Positions 1 to 9,426 of a stretch of DNA of 64,000 nucleotides are shown here, piece after piece. A model generated the notes under the pieces. It did no database searches and had not been told where the DNA came from. It worked only from the letters and a program-made list of their open reading frames with translations. Origin of the DNA: Candidatus Multivorans sp. GTDB taxonomy: Bacteria; Acidobacteriota; Thermoanaerobaculia; Multivoradales; Multivoraceae. Position 1 is the first letter of the stretch. The number at the start of each line of letters is the position of its first letter. Location: assembly GCA_965247095.1 (NCBI GenBank), contig OZ251997.1, positions 128,001 to 192,000 of the forward strand. Reading direction: 5' to 3'. The position numbers were made by a program, and so were the translations under genes.

Positions 1-50
1 TGCCGTGACCAAGACTGGCGGCGAGCGCCGCCTCCGCGGGCTCGGAAACA

Positions 51-419
51 GTGAACCGTCTCGACAAATGGCTGCAGGTGGCGCGGATGTTCCGCGCCCG
101 CTCGAAGGCCGCCGCGGCCTGTACCTCCGGCAAGGTCACGGTGAACGGCCAGCAGGCCAAGCCCCACCGGCGGCTTGCGGTGGGCGATCGCATCGAGATC
201 AAGGCCCGCGACGACTGGCAGCGGATCCTGGTCGTTCGCGAACTGCGCGATAAGCCGCTGCCGAAGGCCGAGGCGCCGCGGCTATACGAGGACCTGAGCC
301 CGCCGAAGCCTGAGCCGCCGCCTCGCGACGCGTTCGTGGCGCTGCCGGCGGCCCACCGGAGCCGCGGCGCCGGCCGCCCGACCAAGCGCGACCGGCGGCT
401 GATCGACCGCTTGCGCTGA
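51..419 (+). CDS. hslR: RNA-binding S4 domain protein (Hsp15/HslR-like)
   Basis: RLDKWLQVARMFRARSKAAAACTSGKVTVNG S4 motif and C-terminal GAGRPTKRDRR typical of Hsp15. Confidence 0.9.
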   Translation: MNRLDKWLQVARMFRARSKAAAACTSGKVTVNGQQAKPHRRLAVGDRIEIKARDDWQRILVVRELRDKPLPKAEAPRLYEDLSPPKPEPPPRDAFVALPAAHRSRGAGRPTKRDRRLIDRLR

Positions 420-464
420 GCGGCGGCAGCGGCGGCCGCGCTACAGTTCCGCCACCATGCCCAC

Positions 465-1133
465 ATGACGACGGTGTGGAATTACCCGTTCGACCTGGAC
501 CGCGCCGCCGCGCTGCTCGACGAGGCGGGCTGGCTTTCCGATCCGGACGACGGCTGGCGCTACCAGGAGATCGACGGTCGGAGGATCAAGTTCTCGTTCG
601 AGTTGGAGATCGCCCAGACCTTTGCCAACGCGGTCAAGATGTCCGACATCTACCGCGAGGACCTGCGCAGCATCGGCGTCGAGCTGACGCTTCGCGTGTT
701 CGAGAACGCGACCCACGAGCAGCACCTGCTGGAGCACGAGTTCCAGGCCCACGCCGACGCCGACGAGGTGACGACGGACCCGGACCAGTGGTCGATCCGC
801 CTGCGCTCCACGAGCTACGACAACGCCCGCAACTACGTCGGCTACAAGAGCGAGCGGGTCGACGAACTCCTGGAACGCGGCCGGCGCGAGTTCGACCCAA
901 AGGCCCGCGCCGCGATCTACCGCGAACTGGCACGCGTGGTCGCCGAGGACCAGCCGTTCACGATGATGTGGAACTACTCCGAGATCAGGGCCTTCAGCAA
1001 GCGCCTCCGCGGCGTCGAGTTCGCGCCCTCCGGCGTGTTCCTGTTCCAGCCAACCCCGCCCCCCGGCAGTGACTGGTGGACCAGCCCCGGCTGGTGGACC
1101 CATCGCGACGACGTGGTGGCGTCCGGCGGCTAG
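465..1133 (+). pseudogene. C-terminal fragment of an ABC transporter substrate-binding protein (family 5, peptide/nickel)
   Basis: YPFDLDRAAALLDEAGW, NYVGYKSERVDELLERGRREFDPKARAAIYREL match the second half of SBP family 5; no signal peptide or N-terminal half fits after hslR ends at 419. Confidence 0.7.
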
Positions 1134-1242
1134 GCAGCGCGACGGCGGCGGTGGCACCCGCCCGCTCTGGGGCCCAGGAGGGCGCCGGGCAGTGGAGTCG
1201 CATGGCCTTGCAGGATAGCGATGAGTAATGCAGACTAGAAGG

Positions 1243-1575
1243 ATGAATGCACAGCCTCCATCTCGCTTGCCAGAGTCGACCGTTACTTCCCGGGGCCAGA
1301 CGACCCTGCCCAAGGAGGTGCGCGACGCGCTTGACCTGAAAGCGGGGGATCGAGTGCGCTACTTCATCTTGGAAGGCGAGGTTCACATAAGGCCGGTGCT
1401 GCCGATCGAGCGCCTGTACGGCATCTTGGAGTACGACGGGCCGCCGGTGAGTCTGGAGGACATCCAGCGAGGCATCATCGAAGGGGCCTGCCGGAGCGCT
1501 CTGGGCGACGACTGGTCCCCGGAGACAGAGGACGGCACGGACCGCCCGGCTGCCGAGGTTGGGAGTCGCAGGTGA
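1243..1575 (+). CDS. AbrB/MazE/SpoVT-family antitoxin
   Basis: STVTSRGQTTLPKEVRDALDLKAGDRVRY motif; 4-bp overlap with the downstream PIN gene. Confidence 0.88.
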   Translation: MNAQPPSRLPESTVTSRGQTTLPKEVRDALDLKAGDRVRYFILEGEVHIRPVLPIERLYGILEYDGPPVSLEDIQRGIIEGACRSALGDDWSPETEDGTDRPAAEVGSRR

Positions 1576-1988
1576 TAGCGCTCGACACCAACGTCCTGCT
1601 TCGGTTTCTCCTCCGGGATGACGAAGAGCAGGCGGAGGCAGCCGCAAGGCTATTGCGACGGTTGACCCTGGAAGATCCGGGCTTCGTCAGCCGCGAAGTC
1701 CTGGTGGAGTTGGTCTGGGCTCTGGAGTACACCTACCGGTATAGCCGCGACCAGGTGGCGACCGTCTTGAATGAACTGTTGAACGTCGCGGCCTTGCAGA
1801 TCGAGTGGGCTAGTGAGGTAGTGGAGGCGGCCGGTGGCTATCGTCTCGGCGGCGCCGACTTCGCGGACCGCATGATCGCGGCCGCGGCGAGACGAGCCGG
1901 CGCCGTGCCGCTCTACACCTTCGACCGCGAAGCGGCGCGGCTCCCGGACGTCACTCTGGTTGAGCCGCTTCAGCCCGCTTCTCGTTAG
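1572..1988 (+). CDS. vapC: PIN-domain (VapC) toxin
   Basis: IALDTNVLLRFL...ELVWAL...DFADRMI...LYTFDR acidic PIN residues. Confidence 0.9.
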   Translation: MIALDTNVLLRFLLRDDEEQAEAAARLLRRLTLEDPGFVSREVLVELVWALEYTYRYSRDQVATVLNELLNVAALQIEWASEVVEAAGGYRLGGADFADRMIAAAARRAGAVPLYTFDREAARLPDVTLVEPLQPASR

Positions 1989-2907
1989 CGCGGGCGTACT
2001 CGAGGATGTTGAGTAGGCCGTAGTTGCCTTCGTGGCAGGCGTACTCGAAGAGTGCCTGATCCGACCGCTTCATCTCGAGACGGGCGCTCCAGGGGCGGTT
2101 GAAGGACTCCGGGTCGTCGATCGTGTACTCGTAGATGAGGGTGGTGTGGTCGAAGCGGGTGAAGCGCTCGACGAGGCGCATGTTGCCGCCTGAGCCCTGG
2201 AAGCTGATCCGGGGATCGAAGTTGCGGGTTTCGACGACTAGGGTTTCGCGGTCCCAGTAGCCCCGGGAGTCGCCCTTGAACTGCCGCAGGTGCTCGGGGA
2301 GGCGGGGCTGATCGTCGAGGGGGACGATCCGGGTTTCGTGGACCATCTCGTTCAGGAGCGCGACGGTGTCCTCGGTCACCAGGATCAGCACGTTGTTGTT
2401 GTAGGCCCCCGGGTTCATCGGCGGTCCGGCGTTGAAACCCATCAGGCAGCGTTCCCAGAGGTTGCGGTCCTCCGGTCCGGCCGGCGGCCGCGCGCGCCGG
2501 TCGCGTCGTTCCTGGGCTCGCCGTCTGCCGTTCTCGGTCATCGGCGGGATGCGGCCGTTGGGCGGGTCGAAGATCAGCGATGTACGGCGTGACTCCTGCA
2601 CGTTGCGGCCGTGGTCGAGCCAGTAGGGCGCATGGACGCTAGGGCTCCGCTTCTGCGCCTCCGCGCGACGCTCGATCGTGTCGCGTTCGAACTGGCTCGC
2701 CTGTTCGGCGGTGAAGTACTCCCGCTCCGCGTAGGCCGACGGCCGCTGCAGCGGTGTAGCGGTGGCGAAGTCCCACAGGCCGTCGATGTCGCCCGGCGGT
2801 GGCCCGCTGGAGCCCGCCTGGGCTACGATCGGCGCGCCGAAGGGCGCGGCCAGGAGAAGGGCCGCTGCCAGAGCGATTGGAACGCGCGGACGTTTGCGGT
2901 GAAGCAC
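1951..2907 (-). CDS. Exported conserved hypothetical protein
   Basis: Signal peptide; WERC...YNNN...EMVHETRIVP...GDSRGYW...FEYACHEGNY pattern; genome-typical codon use. Confidence 0.75.
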   Translation of the reverse strand: MLHRKRPRVPIALAAALLLAAPFGAPIVAQAGSSGPPPGDIDGLWDFATATPLQRPSAYAEREYFTAEQASQFERDTIERRAEAQKRSPSVHAPYWLDHGRNVQESRRTSLIFDPPNGRIPPMTENGRRRAQERRDRRARPPAGPEDRNLWERCLMGFNAGPPMNPGAYNNNVLILVTEDTVALLNEMVHETRIVPLDDQPRLPEHLRQFKGDSRGYWDRETLVVETRNFDPRISFQGSGGNMRLVERFTRFDHTTLIYEYTIDDPESFNRPWSARLEMKRSDQALFEYACHEGNYGLLNILEYARANEKRAEAAQPE

Positions 2908-2966
2908 CGTCGTTCAGGATAGCGCCAACCGGGTTCCCAGGCTCTTCGCTATAGGCTCTGCCGCCC

Positions 2967-3650
2967 ATGACGCGGCCGCTCACCCTGGTCATCGGCAACA
3001 AGAACTACTCGTCCTGGTCGCTCCGGCCTTGGGCGCTGATGACCCAACTCGGCATCCCGCTCGCGGAGCGGATGCTGAAGTTCGACTCCGAGGATTGGGA
3101 GGAGAACATCGACGCGCTGTCGCCGACGCGCCTCGTGCCGGTGCTTTGGGAGGGCGAGCCTGGGCAGGGTTTCGCCACCTTCGACACCTCCGCGATCGTC
3201 GAGCGGCTGGCCGACCTGTACCCCGACCGCGGCATCTGGCCGGCGGAGGGCCGAGCCCGTGCACGGGCGCGATCCCTGGTTGCGACCTTCCACTCCGGCT
3301 ACGCAGCGCTACGCTCGGCGATGCCGATGAACATCCGCTCGAGCTATCCGGCCAAGGGCCAGGAGCCCGAGGTCATGGCCGAGATCGACCGGCTGACGGC
3401 CCTGTGGCGCGCCGCCCGTGCCGAGTTCGGCGGGGGAGGGCCGTTCCTGTTTGGCGCCTTCTCGGCCGCCGACGCCTACTTCCTGCCGGTCGCCTCGCGG
3501 TTCGCGACGTACGAGCCGCCGCTGGACCGCGAAGCCGCGGACTACTGCCGGGCGCTGCTCGACACGAAGGCGATGCGCGAGTGGAGCGGCGCGGCGCGGC
3601 TGGAGACGGAGTTTGTGCCCGAGGACGAGCCCTACGCTGATCCGCCCTGA
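2967..3650 (+). CDS. Glutathione S-transferase family protein
   Basis: LVIGNKNYSSWSLRPW, VPVL, GPFLFGAFSAADAYF. Confidence 0.92.
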   Translation: MTRPLTLVIGNKNYSSWSLRPWALMTQLGIPLAERMLKFDSEDWEENIDALSPTRLVPVLWEGEPGQGFATFDTSAIVERLADLYPDRGIWPAEGRARARARSLVATFHSGYAALRSAMPMNIRSSYPAKGQEPEVMAEIDRLTALWRAARAEFGGGGPFLFGAFSAADAYFLPVASRFATYEPPLDREAADYCRALLDTKAMREWSGAARLETEFVPEDEPYADPP

Positions 3651-3657
3651 GGAGACG

Positions 3658-4166
3658 TCACGGAAGAACCAGGGGCCCCAGCCAGAGGGCCCACAGGGGA
3701 ATACCCAGAGCCACGCCGAGCAACGGCGGGCCGACGGCCCGCAGCCTCTGGCCGCGAGGAAAGGCGGTCACCAGGAACCAATATCCGAGCAGCACGCAGC
3801 CGAGCCGACGGCCACTTGCCACGGTTCGGCAATCGCCGCAGCAGCCTCCAGGTCTCCCGCGCGCCAGAGCCTCCTGAACTGCCCGGAACCGGCCCAACTG
3901 GCAGAGGAGAACCGCAGGGCTGTTTCGGGAAACCCGCACGCGACGTACGCACTGAAGTGCCCGAGTTCGTGAAGCAGGATCCCGATTGGAGCGGCGATCG
4001 CGCCGCCAACCAAGCCGGCCAACCACTTGCCGCCTCGCAACCAATGCCGCATCGAGGTCGGAGCTGCCCCGGGGCGCGCCGCCAGGTCACGGTCGACCGC
4101 CGTGCGTTGCTGGGCCTCGCCGGGGGAATCCTGTTCGGCTGAGTGGAGACTGTTGATGTCCGGCAT
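3658..4166 (-). pseudogene. Membrane protein with HExGH motif (M50/zincin-like), frameshifted or internally deleted
   Basis: Frame 1 gives GILLHELGH then stops at 3768; the hydrophobic C-terminus (GCVLLGYWFLV...LWLGPLVLP) continues in another frame from about 3800. Confidence 0.55.
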
Positions 4167-4205
4167 GATCTCCTCCCAGGAGGTACCCGTCTCGGTCTTT
4201 CGCCC

Positions 4206-4370
4206 TTAGAGAGCCCGGTCCAATTCGAGCACGAGGGCGACGATCACATCGTGAAGCCGGTTCATCGCGGTTTCGCTGGCACGTTCGATGCTGTCCTCGG
4301 CCGTGTGAATGACTCGGAAGATGTCGGGCACGAAGTCCCCGTCCTCGTCCTGAACGTAGGCGCGAGAGCC
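4206..4370 (-). pseudogene. C-terminal remnant resembling an M28-type peptidase tail
   Basis: Own translation: GSRAYVQDEDGDFVPDIFRVIHTAEDSIERASETAMNRLHDVIVALVLELDRAL*; IHTxxD resembles the M28 terminal zinc ligand motif; no start codon seen. Confidence 0.4.
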
Positions 4371-4387
4371 GCATGCCCCTCCGGGGC

Positions 4388-5239
4388 CTACCCCGAACCC
4401 TCGCCCACGATCAGATCCACCTGGTCCTGCGGCGCGTAGAAGTACGAGCCGGGCCGGAACTCGTAGCCGAGGTCGCCGAGTAGGCGCCGCTGCCTCGGCG
4501 TGCAGCGCTCGAGGATCTCAGGCGTAGGCTCGGGGTCATACGTACGCAGGAACAACTGGCAGTAGTTGTAGAGGATCGTCTTGCGAGCGCGCGGGGAGGC
4601 GTTGACCGACGGGCCGTGCCACAGGGAGTGGGGAAAGAGGATGCAGTCGCCGGCTTTGCCGGCGAGCTGGACCGCGCCCGGGGTCTTCGGCTCCGGCGCC
4701 GGGTACGGGCGGTCGGGGAAGGGACGCATGTGGCTGCCGGGGAAGACGGTGAAGTTGCCGCAGTCGTCATCCGTGACATCGGAGAGCAGGTAGAGCGCCT
4801 TCATCGCCAGAGGCAGGCTCGTCTCGGTGACGCGGATGCGGCGCAGCGCTTCGCCGCCGTCGGTGTGGGTGTAGCCGGGCCACTTGGGATTGGACGGGCG
4901 GACGATCGCCTGGCTCATGCTTAGCACGACATAGGGCCCCATGATGTCGGTGACCAGGTCGAAAACGGGCGAAGAGTCCATCAGGTGGAGGAACGCCTGG
5001 TCGTAGTGGAGCAGGACGCGGCGGTCCATGAAGCCCTCGGGATCCCGCTCGATGGCGTGGTCGAGCCAGGCGTAGTGGCCGAGCGGTCCGTCCGGGTTGG
5101 GTTCCCAGCCGGGGAGCTGGCGGACGCGGTCGAGTTCGGCGTCGAAGAACGCGACTTGGTCCGGTGACAGCGCCTGTTCGACGCGGATGTAGCCGTCGAT
5201 GGCCCATTGTTCGCGCTGGGCCTGGGTCAGTTTCTGCAT
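4388..5239 (-). CDS. Phytanoyl-CoA dioxygenase (PhyH) family Fe/2OG dioxygenase
   Basis: HTD facial triad, GNFTVFPGSH, KAGDCILFPHSLWHG. Confidence 0.9.
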   Translation of the reverse strand: MQKLTQAQREQWAIDGYIRVEQALSPDQVAFFDAELDRVRQLPGWEPNPDGPLGHYAWLDHAIERDPEGFMDRRVLLHYDQAFLHLMDSSPVFDLVTDIMGPYVVLSMSQAIVRPSNPKWPGYTHTDGGEALRRIRVTETSLPLAMKALYLLSDVTDDDCGNFTVFPGSHMRPFPDRPYPAPEPKTPGAVQLAGKAGDCILFPHSLWHGPSVNASPRARKTILYNYCQLFLRTYDPEPTPEILERCTPRQRRLLGDLGYEFRPGSYFYAPQDQVDLIVGEGSG

Positions 5240-5336
5240 GACAGGTGCCTCCTGCTGCGGGCCCGGTCAGTCTGCCTCGGCCCGCGTCGCTTGCTTCGGA
5301 CGTGTGGCCTGAGAATATGCCGCGGGCCGCCGGAGG

Positions 5337-6404
5337 TTACTCTTGACCTTCGGCGCTGCCGGCTCTTTCCGCGGCCTCCGCTGCGTTGCGCGCGCGTTCC
5401 TCGGCCCCGGGGTGGCTGGCCAGCCAGTTGGGAACGCCCCCGGCGGTATGGGCCTTTTCGAGTCGCTTCAGGAAGTCGCCCAGACGTGTCGGCGCGATGC
5501 CGGCTCCAAGCAGGTAGTCGAAGGCGAACTGGTCGGCGTCGCGCTCGAAGGTGCGCGAGTAGCGCTGTGCGAGCAACCGCTCCGGCGCCAGGATGGACAG
5601 CGTGGCGACCGACGCATCTCCGGTGAACGCGGTCCACAGGACGAGCATCGAGGAGGTCTGGGCGAGTCGCCGCATGACGTGGCGCCCCGACACGTGCCCG
5701 ACTTCGTGGGCGAGGACCGCGACGATCTCCTCGTCGTTCTCGGCCAGTTCGGCCAGTTCGTCGGTGAGGACGACAGTGCCCCCCGGCAGGGCAAAGAGGT
5801 TCGGGCCGAATCCGGGTGCGGAGAAGAAGCCGAGGTGTGCAGCCTCGACGCCGGTGTCGTCCTTCATCTTGGAGAAGGCGCTCAGGATGTCGTTCTGCTG
5901 TTTCTGATCGAGTTCGGTGGGAGCGAGGGCGTCGAGTTGGAGCAGCAGGGTCATCAGGTTCTCGCCGATGACCGCTTCGACCTCGGGAGGCGTCGCCGCG
6001 ACGACGACCGTGGCCACCGCCGGCGCTCCCCATTCCGTGAACGAGTACAGGATCGCCGCCGTGACCGCCAGCGCCGCCGCCGCTCCGCGCCAGGTGCTGT
6101 CGAGTCGGTGGAGAAGCCGCTCAAAGCGCCGGCCGAGTGGTTGGGGACCGTCTTCGGCGCGGACCTGCATTGCGTCCAACGCGTCGTTATCGCGCACTTC
6201 GCACGAGGCACCGTCGGGCAGGCGGATGTGCCGCGGAGTGTTGGCGATGCGGTTGGGAATCCGGACATCCGCCAAGGGGTGGAGCCGGCGCGAGTCGATG
6301 CCGTCGATGGCGACGATCAAGTCGCCGTCGAGGCTGATCGATAACTCCGCATCTCGGGGAGTCGAGGTGCGACCGTCGTAGTAGTGGCAGGCAACCGCGC
6401 TCAT
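5337..6404 (-). CDS. M48 family metalloprotease
   Basis: PNLFALPGG, AVLAHEVGHV, YSRTFERDAD, WLASHP; start ATG at 6404 overlaps the YjgN stop. Confidence 0.9.
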   Translation of the reverse strand: MSAVACHYYDGRTSTPRDAELSISLDGDLIVAIDGIDSRRLHPLADVRIPNRIANTPRHIRLPDGASCEVRDNDALDAMQVRAEDGPQPLGRRFERLLHRLDSTWRGAAAALAVTAAILYSFTEWGAPAVATVVVAATPPEVEAVIGENLMTLLLQLDALAPTELDQKQQNDILSAFSKMKDDTGVEAAHLGFFSAPGFGPNLFALPGGTVVLTDELAELAENDEEIVAVLAHEVGHVSGRHVMRRLAQTSSMLVLWTAFTGDASVATLSILAPERLLAQRYSRTFERDADQFAFDYLLGAGIAPTRLGDFLKRLEKAHTAGGVPNWLASHPGAEERARNAAEAAERAGSAEGQE

Positions 6405-7591
6405 ATCCCGATCTCCAGGCCGAACTCGCCCGCCGCCTCGGCGCCGGTGGCGCCCAGACGCTGAGCCTCGCCGGCTTCGAACGTGACCTCGCCCACGGGC
6501 TGCATGACGAGGAACTGATCCACGACGTAGCGCAGCACGCGGATCCTGGCGAAGGGCGCGAACAGGCCGAAGGTGGCGATGATCAGGGCGGTGTTGCTGG
6601 CATAGAGCCACAACATGGTTCCGAAGGAGAGTTGCAGGATGAAGTCGCTTTCGCCGAGTTGGGTGCAACTCCAGCGGTAGCTGAGCAAGCGAGTGCGTAT
6701 GTAGACGAACGAGACCAGCCCCACCAGCGCGAAGAACACCGGCATGACGAAGTTCGCCGCGGGAGATTGCGCTTCAGAATCGGGATTGAAGGTCAGGCTG
6801 ATGAGAACGAAGCAGGAGCCGATGAACAGAATCATGGTCAGCACCCAGACGACCACGTAGACGCCGTAGTAGGGATTGGCTTCGCCGATGAAGCGGAACG
6901 GTTTGTTGCCGAAGCGAGACTCGGTGATGAGGAAGCGGTCGCGGCCGAAGACCCTGAATGGCCAGGCCAGCCCCAGGGTGACCATGGACGCAACGGCCAT
7001 CAGCGGATACCAGACGGCGGCGTCCCAGTACCGCCCCTTGAAGTCGAAGGAGATGCCGCGGTACCTGGAGTTGCGGAGTTGGAAAGTTCGCGCGCGGACC
7101 ACGACCCAGGGCACGAGCGGCGCCAGCACGGCCAGCGCGGCGTAGTAGTACAGGATGGACAGGATCTGGGCGAACCAGAGCAGCACCAGCACGATGGCGA
7201 CCAGGATCCGACCCCTGAGAATCGCCACCGGATTCGCCGTGTAGTCGAAGGCCGCGTCGCCGAGCCAGATGTGGCCGTACAGGTAGCGCCGCGTCCGCAC
7301 CTTCGCCCAGGCCGAGTAGATGCCGAGCGTCAGCAACGTCAGCGCGACGTTGACGATCCAGATGCGGAAGTACTCCCAGCCGTCGGCGGTGCAGCGCAGC
7401 CGCCGAGTCTGGGACTCGGAGGTAGCCGGCGCCACCGGTGCGTGGTCGTCGGCGCCGGCCGCGAGCACCTCACCGATAGCGCTTCCGAAGGAAGCGGCAG
7501 AAGACAGCGACCATGCCTCGGCTGCGGCGCCGGGGTCTACCCCGGAACCCGCGCCCGCGTCGATGCCGTCGCCCTGTCTTTCCTCGTTCAT
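6401..7591 (-). CDS. YjgN/DUF898 family membrane protein
   Basis: EYFRIWIVNVALTLLTLGIYSAWAKVRTRRYLYG signature; usual partner of M48 proteases. Confidence 0.9.
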   Translation of the reverse strand: MNEERQGDGIDAGAGSGVDPGAAAEAWSLSSAASFGSAIGEVLAAGADDHAPVAPATSESQTRRLRCTADGWEYFRIWIVNVALTLLTLGIYSAWAKVRTRRYLYGHIWLGDAAFDYTANPVAILRGRILVAIVLVLLWFAQILSILYYYAALAVLAPLVPWVVVRARTFQLRNSRYRGISFDFKGRYWDAAVWYPLMAVASMVTLGLAWPFRVFGRDRFLITESRFGNKPFRFIGEANPYYGVYVVVWVLTMILFIGSCFVLISLTFNPDSEAQSPAANFVMPVFFALVGLVSFVYIRTRLLSYRWSCTQLGESDFILQLSFGTMLWLYASNTALIIATFGLFAPFARIRVLRYVVDQFLVMQPVGEVTFEAGEAQRLGATGAEAAGEFGLEIGI

Positions 7592-7910
7592 GGAACGGTT
7601 CGTTGACGAATCGTAGAGGAGAAACGGCCCGTGGATCGAGGCGATTCCAGTCCGCCGGGTTCGACGGTGCTCGAAACAGCCCGGCGGGAGCTTTGGATCC
7701 TCGCACCCGCCAAACCTCGTGGTCGACCGTAACCCTCTTTGTTCTCAGAGGTTGCGCAAAGCCACCGAGGCGATATCCTGGGTCTTGGCGTCGTCGCCTG
7801 CGCCGTTCTTCGCCAACCCGTTCGGGTATCATGCCGGCACAGATTTCGGGCAGCGAGCCGGCTTGGCGGTCACCGGCGGGCCTCGCGGCGGACAGCCAGC
7901 GGAGGATGAG

Positions 7911-9416
7911 ATGAAGGGTTCTGCACCGATCGGCTCAGCAGCTCGCGCGGGAACGAGGCGCGGCGTACGGAACAGGCGGCGAACGGATCGAGGCCGTGCG
8001 TGTCTGGCCGTCCTGGCGCTCGCCTTGGCGGCGGCGCCGGCGTGGACCCAGGAGACGGCTGAGCCCAGCGAACTCGACCGGGTGCTGGCACTGCACTACG
8101 AAGCTCGGGGCGGCCTCGAGAAGTTGCGCGCGATTCAGGGAGCGAGGGCCACCGGGACGATGTCGGTGCAGGGTATGGAGGCCCCGTTCACGATTCACCT
8201 GCGTCGGCCGAATCAAGTTCGGGTGGAAGGCGACTTCGGCGGCATGACGCGGATCCAGGCCTTCGATGGCGAGCAGGCGTGGGGCCAGCAGCCCGGCCAG
8301 CCCAAGCCGGCCGCCTTCGAAGGAGATCTGGCGGCTGCGCAGGCCGCCGACGCCGCGCTGAGCAGCCCCTGGTTCGAGTACCGGCAGCCGGGTTACCAGG
8401 TGGAACTTGCGGGCCGCGAAGAGATCGAGAGTGGTGAAGCCTGGAAGCTCGTGGTCACCGCGCCTGGCGGTGTGACGCAGCAGGTCTTTATCGGCACGGA
8501 AGACGGGCTGGAGAAGAAGAGGGGCTCCAAGGCGGACTTCGGATTCGGCCTGGAGGATACGGCGACTCGGTTCGAAGACTACCGGGAGGTCGACGGCCTG
8601 ATGCTGGCGCACCGGCAGATCCTGGTCAGTTCGATGGGTGAGATGCCCTTGACCCTCGATTCCTACGAGATCAACCCGGAGATCGATCCCGACATCTTCT
8701 TCATGCCTGGTCAGATGGCCAACGCCGCTCTCGGCCAGGACGACGTGCTGTCGCGTTATCGGAACTCACGCGGCGCCTCGGCCGCCGAGGTCGAGACGGT
8801 GAGCGCCACCGGCACCGTCGTGATGCTCGGCTTCGAAGTGCCGATGACGATGGCCTTCGCGCGTCCCAGCTCGTTCCGGATCGACATCGACTTGCAGGGC
8901 CTGACGATGATCCTGGCCTACGACGGCGAAACGGCTTGGAACGTGTCGCCGATGCAGGGCATCATCGACCCCGCGCCGCTGCCGGAGGAGATGGTCGGTG
9001 CGGTGGCGATCCTGTCCGACTTCCTGTGGGGCATGCTCGCGAACACCGAGGAGCGCGGCTTCGAGGTGTCGCTGGCCGGTATCGAGAAGGTCGAGCGCGA
9101 CGAGACCTACCGGCTGGACGTTGCGACCGCGGACGGTGAAGCGCGCGTGCTCTACCTGGGCGGCGAGGACTTCCTGGAACGGCGAATCGTTTTCGACGGG
9201 TCGTTCCTGGGGTCGAGCGGAGAGCTCGAAGTGACGATCAGCGACTACATGGACGTGGGTGGATTGAAGGTGCCCGGGAAGATTCGGATCGCCGTCGAGG
9301 GCCAGGTCGCCGCCGAGTTGAGGATCCAGGAAGCCGAAGCCGGTGCGGAGGTCGATCCCGCATCGTTTACCATGCCCGCTCCCGCCGACCCGGAGACGCC
9401 GGGTCCGGCTCTCTAG
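7911..9416 (+). CDS. Exported protein with two tandem LolA-like (outer-membrane lipoprotein-sorting-like) domains
   Basis: Signal peptide; two similar halves (RRPNQVRVE..AFDGEQAW..FEDYREVDGL / ARPSSFRID..AYDGETAW..ISDYMDVGGL); start position uncertain. Confidence 0.7.
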   Translation: MKGSAPIGSAARAGTRRGVRNRRRTDRGRACLAVLALALAAAPAWTQETAEPSELDRVLALHYEARGGLEKLRAIQGARATGTMSVQGMEAPFTIHLRRPNQVRVEGDFGGMTRIQAFDGEQAWGQQPGQPKPAAFEGDLAAAQAADAALSSPWFEYRQPGYQVELAGREEIESGEAWKLVVTAPGGVTQQVFIGTEDGLEKKRGSKADFGFGLEDTATRFEDYREVDGLMLAHRQILVSSMGEMPLTLDSYEINPEIDPDIFFMPGQMANAALGQDDVLSRYRNSRGASAAEVETVSATGTVVMLGFEVPMTMAFARPSSFRIDIDLQGLTMILAYDGETAWNVSPMQGIIDPAPLPEEMVGAVAILSDFLWGMLANTEERGFEVSLAGIEKVERDETYRLDVATADGEARVLYLGGEDFLERRIVFDGSFLGSSGELEVTISDYMDVGGLKVPGKIRIAVEGQVAAELRIQEAEAGAEVDPASFTMPAPADPETPGPAL

Positions 9417-9426
9417 GAGCGACCGC

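Noticed and set aside
7730-7756. Imperfect inverted repeat in the yjgN/LolA-like divergent intergenic region as a riboswitch or recombination site
   Set aside because: Single short occurrence with no recognisable riboswitch or dif consensus
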